64,000 bases of DNA, taken from NCBI GenBank assembly GCA_963800275.1, contig CAWDAI010000008.1, forward strand, positions 19,447 to 83,446, read 5' to 3'. A program made the position numbers and the translations under genes. This stretch comes from an uncultured Chloroflexia bacterium (GTDB taxonomy: Bacteria; Chloroflexota; Limnocylindria; Limnocylindrales; CSP1-4). Positions within the stretch are counted from its first letter, which is position 1; every line of letters starts with the position of its first letter. Under the pieces are notes generated by a model. The model worked only from the letters and a program-made list of their open reading frames with translations, searched no databases and had not been told where the DNA came from. Positions 20,101 through 28,685 of this stretch are shown here, one piece after another.

Positions 20101-20754
20101 CGCGAGGCGCTGATGGCCTTCCGCGGGGACGATCGGACCGAGCTGCTGGCTGCCCGCGAGCGGCTGACCGTGCAGATCAGCGATCCCGACGAGGAGTTGT
20201 CGGAGGCGGTGAATGCCGCGCATGCGTCGTTCGTCGACGGCCGCATCGACGAGGCGCTGGCCGCCTACGCGCCGTACATCCGGGCACAGACCCAGAACTC
20301 CCTGGAGGCACGTTGGGGATATGTCCTCGCGGCACAGTTCGCCCGAGACCCGGAGGCGGCTCGACGCGGCCTCGAGGCCCTGGACTTCGAGCCCTACGCC
20401 GGGACCTACGTCGACGGCGTACGCCGGCTGGCCGAAGCGGGCGTGGCCGCGCTCGAGGGACAGCCCGGGGCTGCGCTGGCGTCCTATCGCGCCGCTATCG
20501 AGGCCTGGCGCGCCTGCGGCGCCCGCTTCGATGTCGCCATCGCCCAGATGGCTGCCCTGACCTCGTTGCCAGACGAGCCGTCCATCGAGGGTTGGGCCGA
20601 TGAGGCTCGTGAGCGCTTCGAGATCGTGAGATCGCCGGCGCTGCTCGAGCGACTCGAGCAGGTGCTGGCGACCCGTGCCATCGAACGAGCCAACGGCACG
20701 CAGGCACCCGAGGCGAAGCCTGCCAATGCCGCCAGGGACGCAGGCGCGCGCTAG
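17185..20754 (+). CDS. Double zinc-ribbon / class III cyclase / P-loop NTPase / TPR-repeat protein, copy 2 (tandem paralog)
   Basis: ATGA overlap with copy 1. Same motif set (CTSCG...CDSCG...CPECG...CRSCG; FADLVSFT; IGDAVMAAWG; GDMVNTAARLQ; GPAGIGKSRLAWEF; LLFEDLQWAD). 1189 aa. Confidence 0.9.
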   Translation: MSVFCTSCGQANGDGAAFCDSCGSTLNSGCPECGAENRPEARFCRSCGTHLADADVPTPAPAPAGTRTLPASADGGTAERRLVSVLFADLVSFTSYSEGRDPELVRETLTRYFEATRHAIEHHGGRVEKFIGDAVMAAWGAPRANEDDAERAVRAALEVVEAVRNLNEGLEARVGVLTGHAAVTVGATDQGMVAGDMVNTAARLQAAAPPSTVLVGEATMQAASGAIAFEEAGEQVLRGKTAPVPAWRALRVIGDRGGRSRGEGLEPPFVGRELELRLLKDLVHAVDEDRRPRLVSITGPAGIGKSRLAWEFEKYLDGLVDGVYWHRGRAPSYGDGVTFWALGEMVRKRAGLLESDDENTTRERVRATVEEWVPDQKDRAWVEPALLTLLGLEPPPAGGRDVLFAAWRIFFERVAAHGTTILLFEDLQWADSGQLDFIDHLMEWARDVPLLVVTLARPELLERRPGWGTTARAFNAVGLEPLTPANMRELLLGLVPGLPADAVSTVLERADGIPLYAVETVRMLVADGRLLADGDGTFRPAGELGELAMPDSLRALIASRLDALDDADRTLLQDAAVLGKTFTPDAIAAIYGQDEAEIASRLRALSRRELLEIAVDPASPERGQFGFVQSVVREVAYETLSRRDRRTRHLAAARYFEGLGDEELAGVLSTHYMAAYEASEPGPEADALRIQARLALQGAAERAMDLGAYDQARLSLQRALSITEDAAERASLLERAAAAADIEGAYEEAERLGREALAAYESIDDHTGAARTSARLGMILLNASRLTETVELLESALAKADRPEDAKPRAEILASLSRAHMRLLQTEQALARADEALAIAEPLRLRHTIGEAFINKAGALSQSGRLVEPIVLMSAAVDLAHEQGDMALELRARNNLAATQGTEDGDAAMRVSREAYALATRLGIRQMSTWLAGAIAQGALYEGLDWDTALRQVDTEIDGSMSDADRVRLLSLREALMAFRGDDRTELLAARERLTVQISDPDEELSEAVNAAHASFVDGRIDEALAAYAPYIRAQTQNSLEARWGYVLAAQFARDPEAARRGLEALDFEPYAGTYVDGVRRLAEAGVAALEGQPGAALASYRAAIEAWRACGARFDVAIAQMAALTSLPDEPSIEGWADEARERFEIVRSPALLERLEQVLATRAIERANGTQAPEAKPANAARDAGAR

Positions 20755-20799
20755 TTCGTCTGCGGGAATCAGGCGGCGCGGGTACCCTCACCGGGCTAC

Positions 20800-22755
20800 A
20801 TGACGCTTCGCCGCGTCGTCACGCTTGCCCAGGCGTCGACGATGATCCTGCTGCTCCTGCCTGGGCCGCTCCAGACCGGCTCTGCCTCGGTTCGTGCTGC
20901 CGTGCAGCCGGTCGAGCCGGCCGCGACGGTGGTCTATGACGCTTCTGGCCGCGGCATCGGCTGCCTGCCCGGCGGCAAGAGGTACAAGGGCCCGGCCTCC
21001 ATCAAGGACCCGCCCTGGCCGCCCGGAGCGGAACCGACCCCGAGCCCCGAGCCATCGCCGAGCCCTGAGCCATCCCCGAGCCCTGAGCCATCGCCGAGCG
21101 CCGAGGCCTCAGCCGCGCCGTCTGACGTGCCTTCGCCTGCGCCGGAGGCGGCGATCCGGCTGGCCGTGGCGACCATCGATAGCCCGACCCAGCCAGAGCC
21201 GATGACAGCCGACGCGATCCGGCCGGCCTCCGAGCTCATCACCGGCGTCGACGTCAGCCACCACCAGCAAGACCTTGACTTCGAGGCCGTGCGCGAGGCC
21301 GGCCACCGTTTCGCGATCATGAAGGTGACCGAGAACAACGACCACCTGGACACCTACTTCTCCACCTACGTGGGGCAGGCCAGGGCGGCCGGCCTGGAGG
21401 TCGGTGCCTACCACGTCTTCGACTACACCCTGGATGGCAAGTCGCAGGCCGATCACTATGTCGATCGGGTCGAGCAGGTGATCGGTTTCGACGGCCTGCT
21501 CCCGCCGGTGGTGGATGTCGAGTGCTGGCCGGCCTACTACGGCGCCTCCATCCATTCGGTCTCCGCCGCCCGCCTGCGGGACTTCGTCGACGAGGTCTAC
21601 CGACGCACGGGCATGGCCCCGGTGGTCTACACCTCCGAGTACATGTGGCGCGAGGTGGTGGGCAACCCCGATGGCTTCGCGGACCTGCCCCTGTGGGCGG
21701 CCTGTTGGGGCTGCGACCAACCGATCACGTTGCCCGAGGGGTGGGACGACTGGACCTTCTGGCAGGACGGGCTGACCAAGATCCCTGGTCGACGGGCCAG
21801 GGTGGATGGCAACTACTTCGCCGGCTCGCGCCAGCAGCTGCGCTCGCTCGTGCAGCGCCCCTTCTCCATCGCCGGCGGTGCGGTGGCCACAGCGGGCGGC
21901 ACGGTGGCACTCGATCTGGGTGGACGGCGGGGTAGCGAGATCCGCACCTCCCTCGACGGCGAGGAGTGGTCGGACTGGCAGGCGCTGCGGCCCACGCCCA
22001 CGGTGGAGATCGGCACGGCTGAAGGCCAATACGTGGTCTACGCTCAGCTCAAGGACGGCCCCGGCCTGCTCGCGCCGGTCGTGAGCGACACCATCGTGGT
22101 GGACGCCACGCCGCCGGAGGTCACGCCGCCCTCGGTCGGCCTGCGCCTCGGGCCGCTCGTCGACGGGCCGGCCGGTATCCCGGTGGCCGTGGGGTGGCAG
22201 GCTCGGGACGAGACCGCCGGCCTCGCTGGCGCGAAGGTGGAGGTCGCCTGTGCCGAGGTCTCGCTGACGAGCGATGCCCCGGGTTCGGCCGCACCGGCCG
22301 AGTCCGTGACCTGGCAGGCTGAGGCCGAGCTGGCCGCGGGCGAGAGCTGCGACGTGACCGCCATCGTTCCCGACGGCGCCGGCAACACCAGCCGCGCCAC
22401 GACCTCGGGCGTGGAGGTCAGCATCGTGACCCCCGACCGCGCCGGAGCTGCCAGCGTGGCCGGAGATGAGGTGGGCGTGGTGGCCAACCGCGGTCCCGAT
22501 GCGGGCCGGGCGGCACTCCTCGTCGACGGCGCCGCCGTCGCGCTCGTGGACCTGTGGGCCGCCGAGCCGGGAGGACCGGAGATCGTGCACGTGGCCACCC
22601 TGGCCCCCGGCCCCCACATCGTGGCGATCCAGCCCACGGACAGCGCCGACCCCGGCTCCACCGGCACCGCGGTCGATGTCACCGGCTTCGTGACCATCAC
22701 TGGCGGCGCGCTCAGAGCGGGTAGCGCATCAGCGGCAACGACCGTCCCGGGATGA
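20800..22755 (+). CDS. Secreted GH25-family muramidase (lysozyme) with PSPEPS linker and C-terminal Ig-like/β-rich domains
   Basis: Signal peptide, then PSPEPSPSPEPSPSPEPSPS linker. GH25 motifs GVDVSHHQQ...DFEAVREAGHRFAIMKVTEN...AYHVFDY. 300 aa of β-rich C-terminal repeats. Confidence 0.8.
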   Translation: MTLRRVVTLAQASTMILLLLPGPLQTGSASVRAAVQPVEPAATVVYDASGRGIGCLPGGKRYKGPASIKDPPWPPGAEPTPSPEPSPSPEPSPSPEPSPSAEASAAPSDVPSPAPEAAIRLAVATIDSPTQPEPMTADAIRPASELITGVDVSHHQQDLDFEAVREAGHRFAIMKVTENNDHLDTYFSTYVGQARAAGLEVGAYHVFDYTLDGKSQADHYVDRVEQVIGFDGLLPPVVDVECWPAYYGASIHSVSAARLRDFVDEVYRRTGMAPVVYTSEYMWREVVGNPDGFADLPLWAACWGCDQPITLPEGWDDWTFWQDGLTKIPGRRARVDGNYFAGSRQQLRSLVQRPFSIAGGAVATAGGTVALDLGGRRGSEIRTSLDGEEWSDWQALRPTPTVEIGTAEGQYVVYAQLKDGPGLLAPVVSDTIVVDATPPEVTPPSVGLRLGPLVDGPAGIPVAVGWQARDETAGLAGAKVEVACAEVSLTSDAPGSAAPAESVTWQAEAELAAGESCDVTAIVPDGAGNTSRATTSGVEVSIVTPDRAGAASVAGDEVGVVANRGPDAGRAALLVDGAAVALVDLWAAEPGGPEIVHVATLAPGPHIVAIQPTDSADPGSTGTAVDVTGFVTITGGALRAGSASAATTVPG

Positions 22756-23200
22756 CCGACGAGGGCACCATGCCCACGCGTGTCGCCCCCAGGTGCAGGT
22801 AGAACGGCTCGGCGAAGGGGTCGCTTTCCCACTCCAGCACGCCCTTGCCCCAACCGCGCGCGATCTCCGCCGCCCGCCGGAAGAGGCACCGCCCATGGCC
22901 GCGGCCCATGGCTGACGGCTCGACCCAGAGGTTCTTCAGGAACGCGAGCTCGGTCCGCCGCCGCAGGCCGAACACGCCCACCGGCCGGCCATCGGTCTCG
23001 AGCAGCTCCACGTGCACGACCGGGTCGGCCAGGCGCTTCGGGGTGAAGGCCAGCTCTTCGGCGAGCGACTCGATGAACGCGTCGTCATAGCCCCAGTGGC
23101 GCTTGGCGCGAACGGCCAGCTGGGTGATGGCCGCGGCCTCGTCGGGGCGTGGCCGGCGGAGGCGCGCCGCCGCGGCCGCCGCCGTCGTTTCGCAGGACAA
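22712..23200 (-). CDS. GNAT-family N-acetyltransferase
   Basis: LRRPRPDEAAAITQLAVRA...FGLRRRTELAFLKNLWVEPSAMGRGHGRCLFRRAAEIARGWG is an acetyl-CoA binding motif. The true start may be internal (around 23161), because the 5' 100 nt overlap the upstream ORF. Confidence 0.6.
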   Translation of the reverse strand: MSCETTAAAAAARLRRPRPDEAAAITQLAVRAKRHWGYDDAFIESLAEELAFTPKRLADPVVHVELLETDGRPVGVFGLRRRTELAFLKNLWVEPSAMGRGHGRCLFRRAAEIARGWGKGVLEWESDPFAEPFYLHLGATRVGMVPSSVIPGRSLPLMRYPL

Positions 23201-23579
23201 CCTGGCTACTTCTTCTTCTTGCGTCGTCCTTCTTCTTGCCGTCGTCCTTCTTCTTGCCGTCGTCCTTCTTGCGGCCCCGGCCGAGCAGGGGGATCCTGCG
23301 CTCGTCCTCGATCCAGTGGGGCTTGGACGAGCGGGCCCAGGACGGACCGGCCTGGCGGCGCAGGATGATCCAGAGACCGATCACGCCCAGCACCGCCACC
23401 CCGAAGAAGATGATGCCGGCCAGGCGCAGCGAGCCGTCTGAAGACGCACCATCGAGCTTGGTGATGGCATCGGTGGAGAGATTGACCGCATCCTCGACAT
23501 TCCCTGCGATGGCTGCGGCAAGGGCCTGGTCGACGATGGCGTCCACGTCCACGCCGGCCAGCCCGAAGTCGGTGAGCAT
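23085..23579 (-). CDS. Single-pass membrane segment with Lys/Asp-rich tail. It is probably the frameshifted C-terminus of the upstream large secreted protein.
   Basis: DFGLAGVDVDAIVDQALAAAIAG continues the helical repeat style of gene 23381..26158. Then a TM helix LAGIIFFGVAVLGVIGLWIIL and KKDDGKKKDDGKKKDD (18-nt tandem repeat 23222-23272). Reading frame differs from the upstream gene by one base. Confidence 0.35.
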   Translation of the reverse strand: MLTDFGLAGVDVDAIVDQALAAAIAGNVEDAVNLSTDAITKLDGASSDGSLRLAGIIFFGVAVLGVIGLWIILRRQAGPSWARSSKPHWIEDERRIPLLGRGRKKDDGKKKDDGKKKDDARRRSSQVVLRNDGGGRGGAPPPATPRRGRGHHPAGRSRQAPLGL

Positions 23580-26158
23580 GTCACGGGGCTCGGCCGCCCG
23601 CAGCTGGGCGCGGTGGACCTAGCTGGCAGCGTCGGCCTGCTTCGACGGCGGTCTCGGCCCCGGCCTGCAGGTCCTCGCAGCGTTCGGGCGCTCTCGAAGT
23701 CGGACTTGATCGATTCGAGGGCGTTGAGGTCGGGCAGCTCCGCCTGCGCGTCGCTCGCAGACTTGATCCAGCGCTCTGCTTCCTTGGCGCTCTCGACCGC
23801 GGCCCCGAAGTTGCCGGCTGCGACCGGGTCGGCCACGACCGCGGGGATGTGCCAACTGGGCACCAGCAGCTCCAGCGTGGCCAGGGCGTTGCCCACGGTC
23901 ATCGCCTCCGCCGCGCGTGCCTCCACGCGCTTCCGCAGCGCGGCCATCTCCGCTCCGCTGGTGACCGCTTCGAACTGGGGCCGGACCTCGTCACGCAGGC
24001 CGGCCTGCGGCAGCGCCTCGTCCGCGCTCGTGGCGGCATCGACCACGGCCTGCGCGTCCCCGATGATCCTGGTGCCGGCGTCGATCTCGCCGGTCTCGAG
24101 CGGGCGCGTCACCGCGGCGGGGATGGCCCACTCGCCGGCCGCCACCTGCAGGGCCTCCAGCGCGCGTCCGGCGATGGACGCTTTGCGGTGGTCGGAGGCG
24201 GCTTCATCGGCCAGCGTCTGGAGGCTGGCGGCCGTGGCGCTGTTCTCGTAGCGGAGCTTGTATTTGTCGAGGAAGTTCGCCTGCGGCAGGGCGACGTCGG
24301 CGGCGGTGATCTCCTGGACCGCCCGAGTGGCCGGCGCGATGGCCGCCGAGATGTCACTCCAGCGCTGCTCGCTGAGGGCGTCGCGCACGGCCAGTGGCAT
24401 GAACCAGCCGGCCGGTGCAGCGCTCTGCATCGCACCAAGGTCGGGGGCCACGCCCCGGGCACCCTTGAGCAGGTTGTCGACGAACTCGGTAACCGCGTCG
24501 AGTTCCGCCTCGTTGGCGGCCGCCTCGAACTGCGGCTGCACGATGTCCGGCAGGTTGGCCACCGGCAGCAGCCGGTCGGCCTCGATGAGGTTCTGGTAGA
24601 CCTCGCGCGATTTGTCGATGCGGTCCATGGCGGAGCGGAACTCCCAGTCATCCATGTCCTTGCGCACGGCACGCGGCGCGCCCAGGGGGGCGATGTCGGC
24701 GAGAAACTGGTGGTAGGCGGCTCGCGCCTGTGAGCGCAACATCAGCTCGGACTCGCCGCCCGGCAGGTCCGCGGCGATGCCGAACCTGTCCAGCAGGTTT
24801 TGGGCGAAGTCGAGATCGTCGAGGTTGGCCGCGTAGGCCGGGTCGGCTGCGGCCGGCACCAGGCCGCGCTCATCGACCGCATCGAGCCATTCCCGATAAT
24901 CGACGCCGGTGGACGTCCCGGTCTCGGGACCCGCGGTGCCGATGTACTTGGTCTCTCCCCGAAGCATGGAGCCGACGACCTCGTCCCACTGCTCCTGGGG
25001 CATGCGCTCGCGGACGGCGGCGACGATGCCGCAGGCGGCGGCGTCCTGGGCCTCGATGCGGGTCTGATAGTCATCGGGCGACTGCGGCTGGACGACCATC
25101 CACTCGGAGAGGTCCAGCTCCAGCGGGTTGGCGGAGGCGGGCTCGCAAGTTGTCCCGCGCATGGCGCTCGCGGTCCACTCGGCCATACCCTCGCGCAGCC
25201 AGATGTCCGGGAAGTTGTCAGCTCCGTACCAGGCGTGGGCCAGCTGGTGGTCCGTAGCCTCCAGTGGGAATTCGCTGAGCTGGACGATGCCGGAAGCCCC
25301 GTGGGTGCTGGCGTAGCCACCGACGTCCCGCGACGGGGCCATGCGCACCACCACCGTACTGTCGCCCGGGATGGGCTGGCCGATGAAGCTGTCGAGGTCG
25401 CGCAGTACCTCGGGAGCGACGCTGCCGGCCGCATCCAGCCAGCCGTCACCACCGCTCCAGGCCTGCAACTCGAACGCACGGTCACGCGGACCGATGATCG
25501 TGTCCGGCAGGAGGCGGTCCTGGCGCACGCCCTCGAAACAGGTGAAGACCGAACCGGGCCTGTTCCTGGAGCTCGCGGTGGTTCGATAGCCGCTGCTGGT
25601 GATCTCCATGGGCGTGCCCAGCGGTTGGCTGAAGCCCCACTGGGAAAGGTCGTCCACGGCGACCGAGACGCTGCCCACGTTCGTGTCCTGGCCGGTCACA
25701 CAGAGGTAGATGTAGCTGTCGTTCACGCGCGCGGGCGTGGTGCGCTTGGCGGCGTTGTTGCCGGGGTCCGCATCGAGGGCGTAGCGCAGCGTGAAGGAAC
25801 CAGAATCACCCTGGGAGATGGGCTTCTTGTTGAGCACGGAGATCGGCTTCCAGAGGCCGGGAAGACTGTCCCGGCTCCTGGCGAGCGTGAAGGCTCCGGT
25901 GATGTCTGGCGGTGGCGCCGTCTCCTCGACGGCCAGCGGGCCCCAGGCCCGCTTCGGCCGCCAGGTCGTCCCGGTCAGCGGGCTCAACTTCACATCCATC
26001 CGCACATCGATGGTGCCCTCGTCCGGGTGGACCTGGTATTTCACATCCGAGGATTCCTTGAGCTGGTCGGAGATGGCGGCGACAGGCAGCGCCAGCACGA
26101 TCGAAGCCACGATCGCGAGCAGCAGCGAGACGAGGGCGCGGCAGGCCCCAGACGACAT
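23381..26158 (-). CDS. Large secreted M1-aminopeptidase-like (HQxxH variant) protein with C-terminal 45-aa helical repeats; 3' end apparently frameshifted
   Basis: Start MSSGACRALVSLLLAIVASIVLALPVAA (CAT 26156-26158). M1-type motif DHQLAHAWYGADNFPDIWLREGMAEW parallels HExxHxW...WLNEGFA but with Gln in place of the catalytic Glu. At least 4 repeats of ..ALPQAxLxD...QFEA... follow. The last 85 aa before the stop at 23381 have out-of-frame composition. Confidence 0.65.
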   Translation of the reverse strand: MSSGACRALVSLLLAIVASIVLALPVAAISDQLKESSDVKYQVHPDEGTIDVRMDVKLSPLTGTTWRPKRAWGPLAVEETAPPPDITGAFTLARSRDSLPGLWKPISVLNKKPISQGDSGSFTLRYALDADPGNNAAKRTTPARVNDSYIYLCVTGQDTNVGSVSVAVDDLSQWGFSQPLGTPMEITSSGYRTTASSRNRPGSVFTCFEGVRQDRLLPDTIIGPRDRAFELQAWSGGDGWLDAAGSVAPEVLRDLDSFIGQPIPGDSTVVVRMAPSRDVGGYASTHGASGIVQLSEFPLEATDHQLAHAWYGADNFPDIWLREGMAEWTASAMRGTTCEPASANPLELDLSEWMVVQPQSPDDYQTRIEAQDAAACGIVAAVRERMPQEQWDEVVGSMLRGETKYIGTAGPETGTSTGVDYREWLDAVDERGLVPAAADPAYAANLDDLDFAQNLLDRFGIAADLPGGESELMLRSQARAAYHQFLADIAPLGAPRAVRKDMDDWEFRSAMDRIDKSREVYQNLIEADRLLPVANLPDIVQPQFEAAANEAELDAVTEFVDNLLKGARGVAPDLGAMQSAAPAGWFMPLAVRDALSEQRWSDISAAIAPATRAVQEITAADVALPQANFLDKYKLRYENSATAASLQTLADEAASDHRKASIAGRALEALQVAAGEWAIPAAVTRPLETGEIDAGTRIIGDAQAVVDAATSADEALPQAGLRDEVRPQFEAVTSGAEMAALRKRVEARAAEAMTVGNALATLELLVPSWHIPAVVADPVAAGNFGAAVESAKEAERWIKSASDAQAELPDLNALESIKSDFESARTLRGPAGRGRDRRRSRPTLPARSTAPSCGRPSPVTCSPTSGWPAWTWTPSSTRPLPQPSQGMSRMRSISPPMPSPSSMVRLQTARCAWPASSSSGWRCWA

Positions 26159-26291
26159 GGGACGCTCCTCTGTGGATGCGGACATGGGTGAGTGCGGTTC
26201 TGTGCAGTTGGGACCGTAACGCGAACGCCAACAAGGGGCAAGGTGGACCATCGGCAGCGTCGGGACAGGACCGCTCACCCATACTCGGTCC

Positions 26292-27548
26292 GTGCCCCGT
26301 CGTCGCCTCGCCATGCTCTACGCCCTCGCGGGCATCAGCCTTGGGCTGATCCTGCCTTTCACCGTGCCGCTGCTCGCCGAACGCGGCCTGGGCGCGGTCG
26401 AGATCGGCGTGGTCATGAGCTTGACGGGGGTCGCGGCCCTGGTCTCCTATCCCGTGTGGGGCGCCATCGCAGACGGCTGGCTGGGCCGACGCCGGACCGT
26501 CGCCGTCGCGGCCGTGCTGGCGGCCCTCGGTGGCGTGTCGCTCATGCTGGCGGGTCAGGACCCGCTGGCCCTGGCCCTGGCCCTGGCCGTGGTCATCGTG
26601 GGCACGCTGGCCTGGAACCCGTTGATCGACGCGCTCGCGCTCGCGGTCCTGGGCGACGGTTCCTCCGACTACGGTCGGCTGCGCCTGTGGGGCTCGCTGG
26701 GCTGGGCTGCATCAGCCATGTCCGCGGGCGTGGTCTGGACGCTGGTCGGGCCGACGCCGGTGTTCCTCGCCTTCGTGGCGGCCGCGCTCCTGGTGGGCGG
26801 GCTGGTGCTCCTGCCGCTCCCGGGGGAGGTCGGGAGCGCCTCTGCCGGCGACGGCTCGGCCGGCGACGACACCCGCCCGCCGCTGCGCTCGTGGTTGCCG
26901 CTGGTGGCCACGCCGCTGATGCTCGGGTTCCTGCTCGGCCTGCTGGTCACCTCGCTCGGTGAGCACGCCTCGTGGCGCTTCATCGGCCTGCGCATCCTGG
27001 ACCAGGGCGGTGGCGTCTTCCTCATCGGCCTGGCGGCCTCATTGCCGGCGCTGGTGGAGGTCCCCGTGTTCCTCTCGTCGCGCCGGCTGGCTGGCTACTT
27101 CGGGCTGCGCCGGCTGTTCGTGGGTGGAGCAGCGGTCGCGGCCATCATCATGGGTCTCATCGCGGTCGCCCCCGAGCCATGGATGGTGGCCGGGCTGCGC
27201 ACCCTCGACGGAGTGTCCTACGCGATGCGCTACACGGCCATGGTGCTCATCGTGGGCGCCCTCCTGCCTCGCTCGCTGTTCGCCTTCGGGCAGTCGGTGG
27301 CCTGGTTCGTCTATGCCGGGATCGCCCCCATCGTGGCCGACGCGGCCGGCGGGCTCATCTACGAGGCCTTCGGGGCAGAGGCGCTGTTCCTGGCCACGAT
27401 GGTGGCGCTGGCCGTCGGGGGCGCCATCGTCTGGCTGGTGCTGCGCGGGCCGCGCTTCGGTCCGCAAGGGTCGCTGCCGGCCGCGGCGGCAGGATCGGTG
27501 GCTCCTCCGCCGGCGGGTCCCGAGGCACCGCTCCCGCCGCCGGGCTGA
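26292..27548 (+). CDS. MFS-superfamily transporter
   Basis: 12 predicted TM segments, MFS-like loop motifs (GAIADGWLGRRR); 418 aa (alternative start at MLYALAG). Confidence 0.8.
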   Translation: MPRRRLAMLYALAGISLGLILPFTVPLLAERGLGAVEIGVVMSLTGVAALVSYPVWGAIADGWLGRRRTVAVAAVLAALGGVSLMLAGQDPLALALALAVVIVGTLAWNPLIDALALAVLGDGSSDYGRLRLWGSLGWAASAMSAGVVWTLVGPTPVFLAFVAAALLVGGLVLLPLPGEVGSASAGDGSAGDDTRPPLRSWLPLVATPLMLGFLLGLLVTSLGEHASWRFIGLRILDQGGGVFLIGLAASLPALVEVPVFLSSRRLAGYFGLRRLFVGGAAVAAIIMGLIAVAPEPWMVAGLRTLDGVSYAMRYTAMVLIVGALLPRSLFAFGQSVAWFVYAGIAPIVADAAGGLIYEAFGAEALFLATMVALAVGGAIVWLVLRGPRFGPQGSLPAAAAGSVAPPPAGPEAPLPPPG

Positions 27549-27560
27549 GCGATCTGACGG

Positions 27561-28685
27561 TCAGTCAGCGACGATCCACTGACCGCCTCGCATGACGCGC
27601 CGCACGGCGAACGAGCCGGCGTCGAGCTCGGCGATGTCCGCGCGCAGCCCCGGGGCCAGGCGTCCGCGGTCGTCACAGCCGAGCAGCTCGGCGGGGTTGG
27701 TCGAGGCGGCTCTCACGGCATCGCACAGCGCTACGCCGTGGCGGACCAGGTTGCGCAGCTCCAGGTCGCTGGCCGTGACCGAGCCGGCCAGGTTGCCGCC
27801 GTGGACGAGGGTCGCGCGCTCACCGTCGACGCGCACCTCCAGCGCGCCCAGCATGCCTCGGCGCTGCCCCGATCCGGCGAGCGAGATGGCGTCGCTCACG
27901 AGGACCACGCGTTCCCGTGGCTTCAGCCGCCAGATGAGTGGCCAGAGGTCGGGATCGACGTGCTGGGTGTCGGCGATCAGCTCTACCCAGATCTCGTCGT
28001 CGAGCAGAGCGGCGAGCGCCAGGCCCGGGTCTCGGTGCGCCAGCCCGCCCATGGCGTTGAACAGGTGGGTCGTGGTCATGGCACCGGCCGCATACCCGGC
28101 CCGCGCCTGGGCCACGCTCGCTGCCGAGTGACCCAGCGAGACGCGGACGCCGTGGCGGGCGAGCGTCTCGATCAGCGCGGGCGCACCCCGCAGCTCAGGG
28201 GCGATGGTCATGATGCGCAGGCCCTCGAGGAAGGTCGCCAGGATGGTCTCGTCCAGGTCGGCCGGATGGCGCAGCAGCTCGGTCGGGTGCGCACCTTTGC
28301 GCTCCTCGGCCAGGAAGGGCCCCTCCATGTTGAAGCCGAGGGGTGCGGCGCCATCCCTTGGCGCGTCGGGCATCCAGCGACGGACCGACTCGGCGTACTC
28401 GGAGAGGTCGGTGAAGGTCGCGCTGACCGACGTGGGCAGGAAGGAGGTGACCCCACGGCGCGCCAAGGCCCGAGCCATGCCCGTGAGCGCGGTCGGACCG
28501 TCCATCGCGTCGTGGCCGCCCCAGCCGTGGACATGGACGTCGATGAGACCCGGCACCACCAGCACATCCTCCCTCGCGTCGGGGTCGGGCTCGATCCCGG
28601 CGATGCGCCCGTCGTCATCGGTGAGCAGGTGGCCGCGCAGCTCGCCCTCGTCGAGCACGAGCCGGCCGGAGATGGTCTCAGTCAT
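27561..28685 (-). CDS. nagA: N-acetylglucosamine-6-phosphate deacetylase
   Basis: Internal start MTETISG (CAT 28683-28685). Amidohydrolase metal-binding motifs GLIDVHVHGWGGHD and HLFNAM; 375 aa. NagA-like throughout. Confidence 0.85.
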   Translation of the reverse strand: MTETISGRLVLDEGELRGHLLTDDDGRIAGIEPDPDAREDVLVVPGLIDVHVHGWGGHDAMDGPTALTGMARALARRGVTSFLPTSVSATFTDLSEYAESVRRWMPDAPRDGAAPLGFNMEGPFLAEERKGAHPTELLRHPADLDETILATFLEGLRIMTIAPELRGAPALIETLARHGVRVSLGHSAASVAQARAGYAAGAMTTTHLFNAMGGLAHRDPGLALAALLDDEIWVELIADTQHVDPDLWPLIWRLKPRERVVLVSDAISLAGSGQRRGMLGALEVRVDGERATLVHGGNLAGSVTASDLELRNLVRHGVALCDAVRAASTNPAELLGCDDRGRLAPGLRADIAELDAGSFAVRRVMRGGQWIVAD

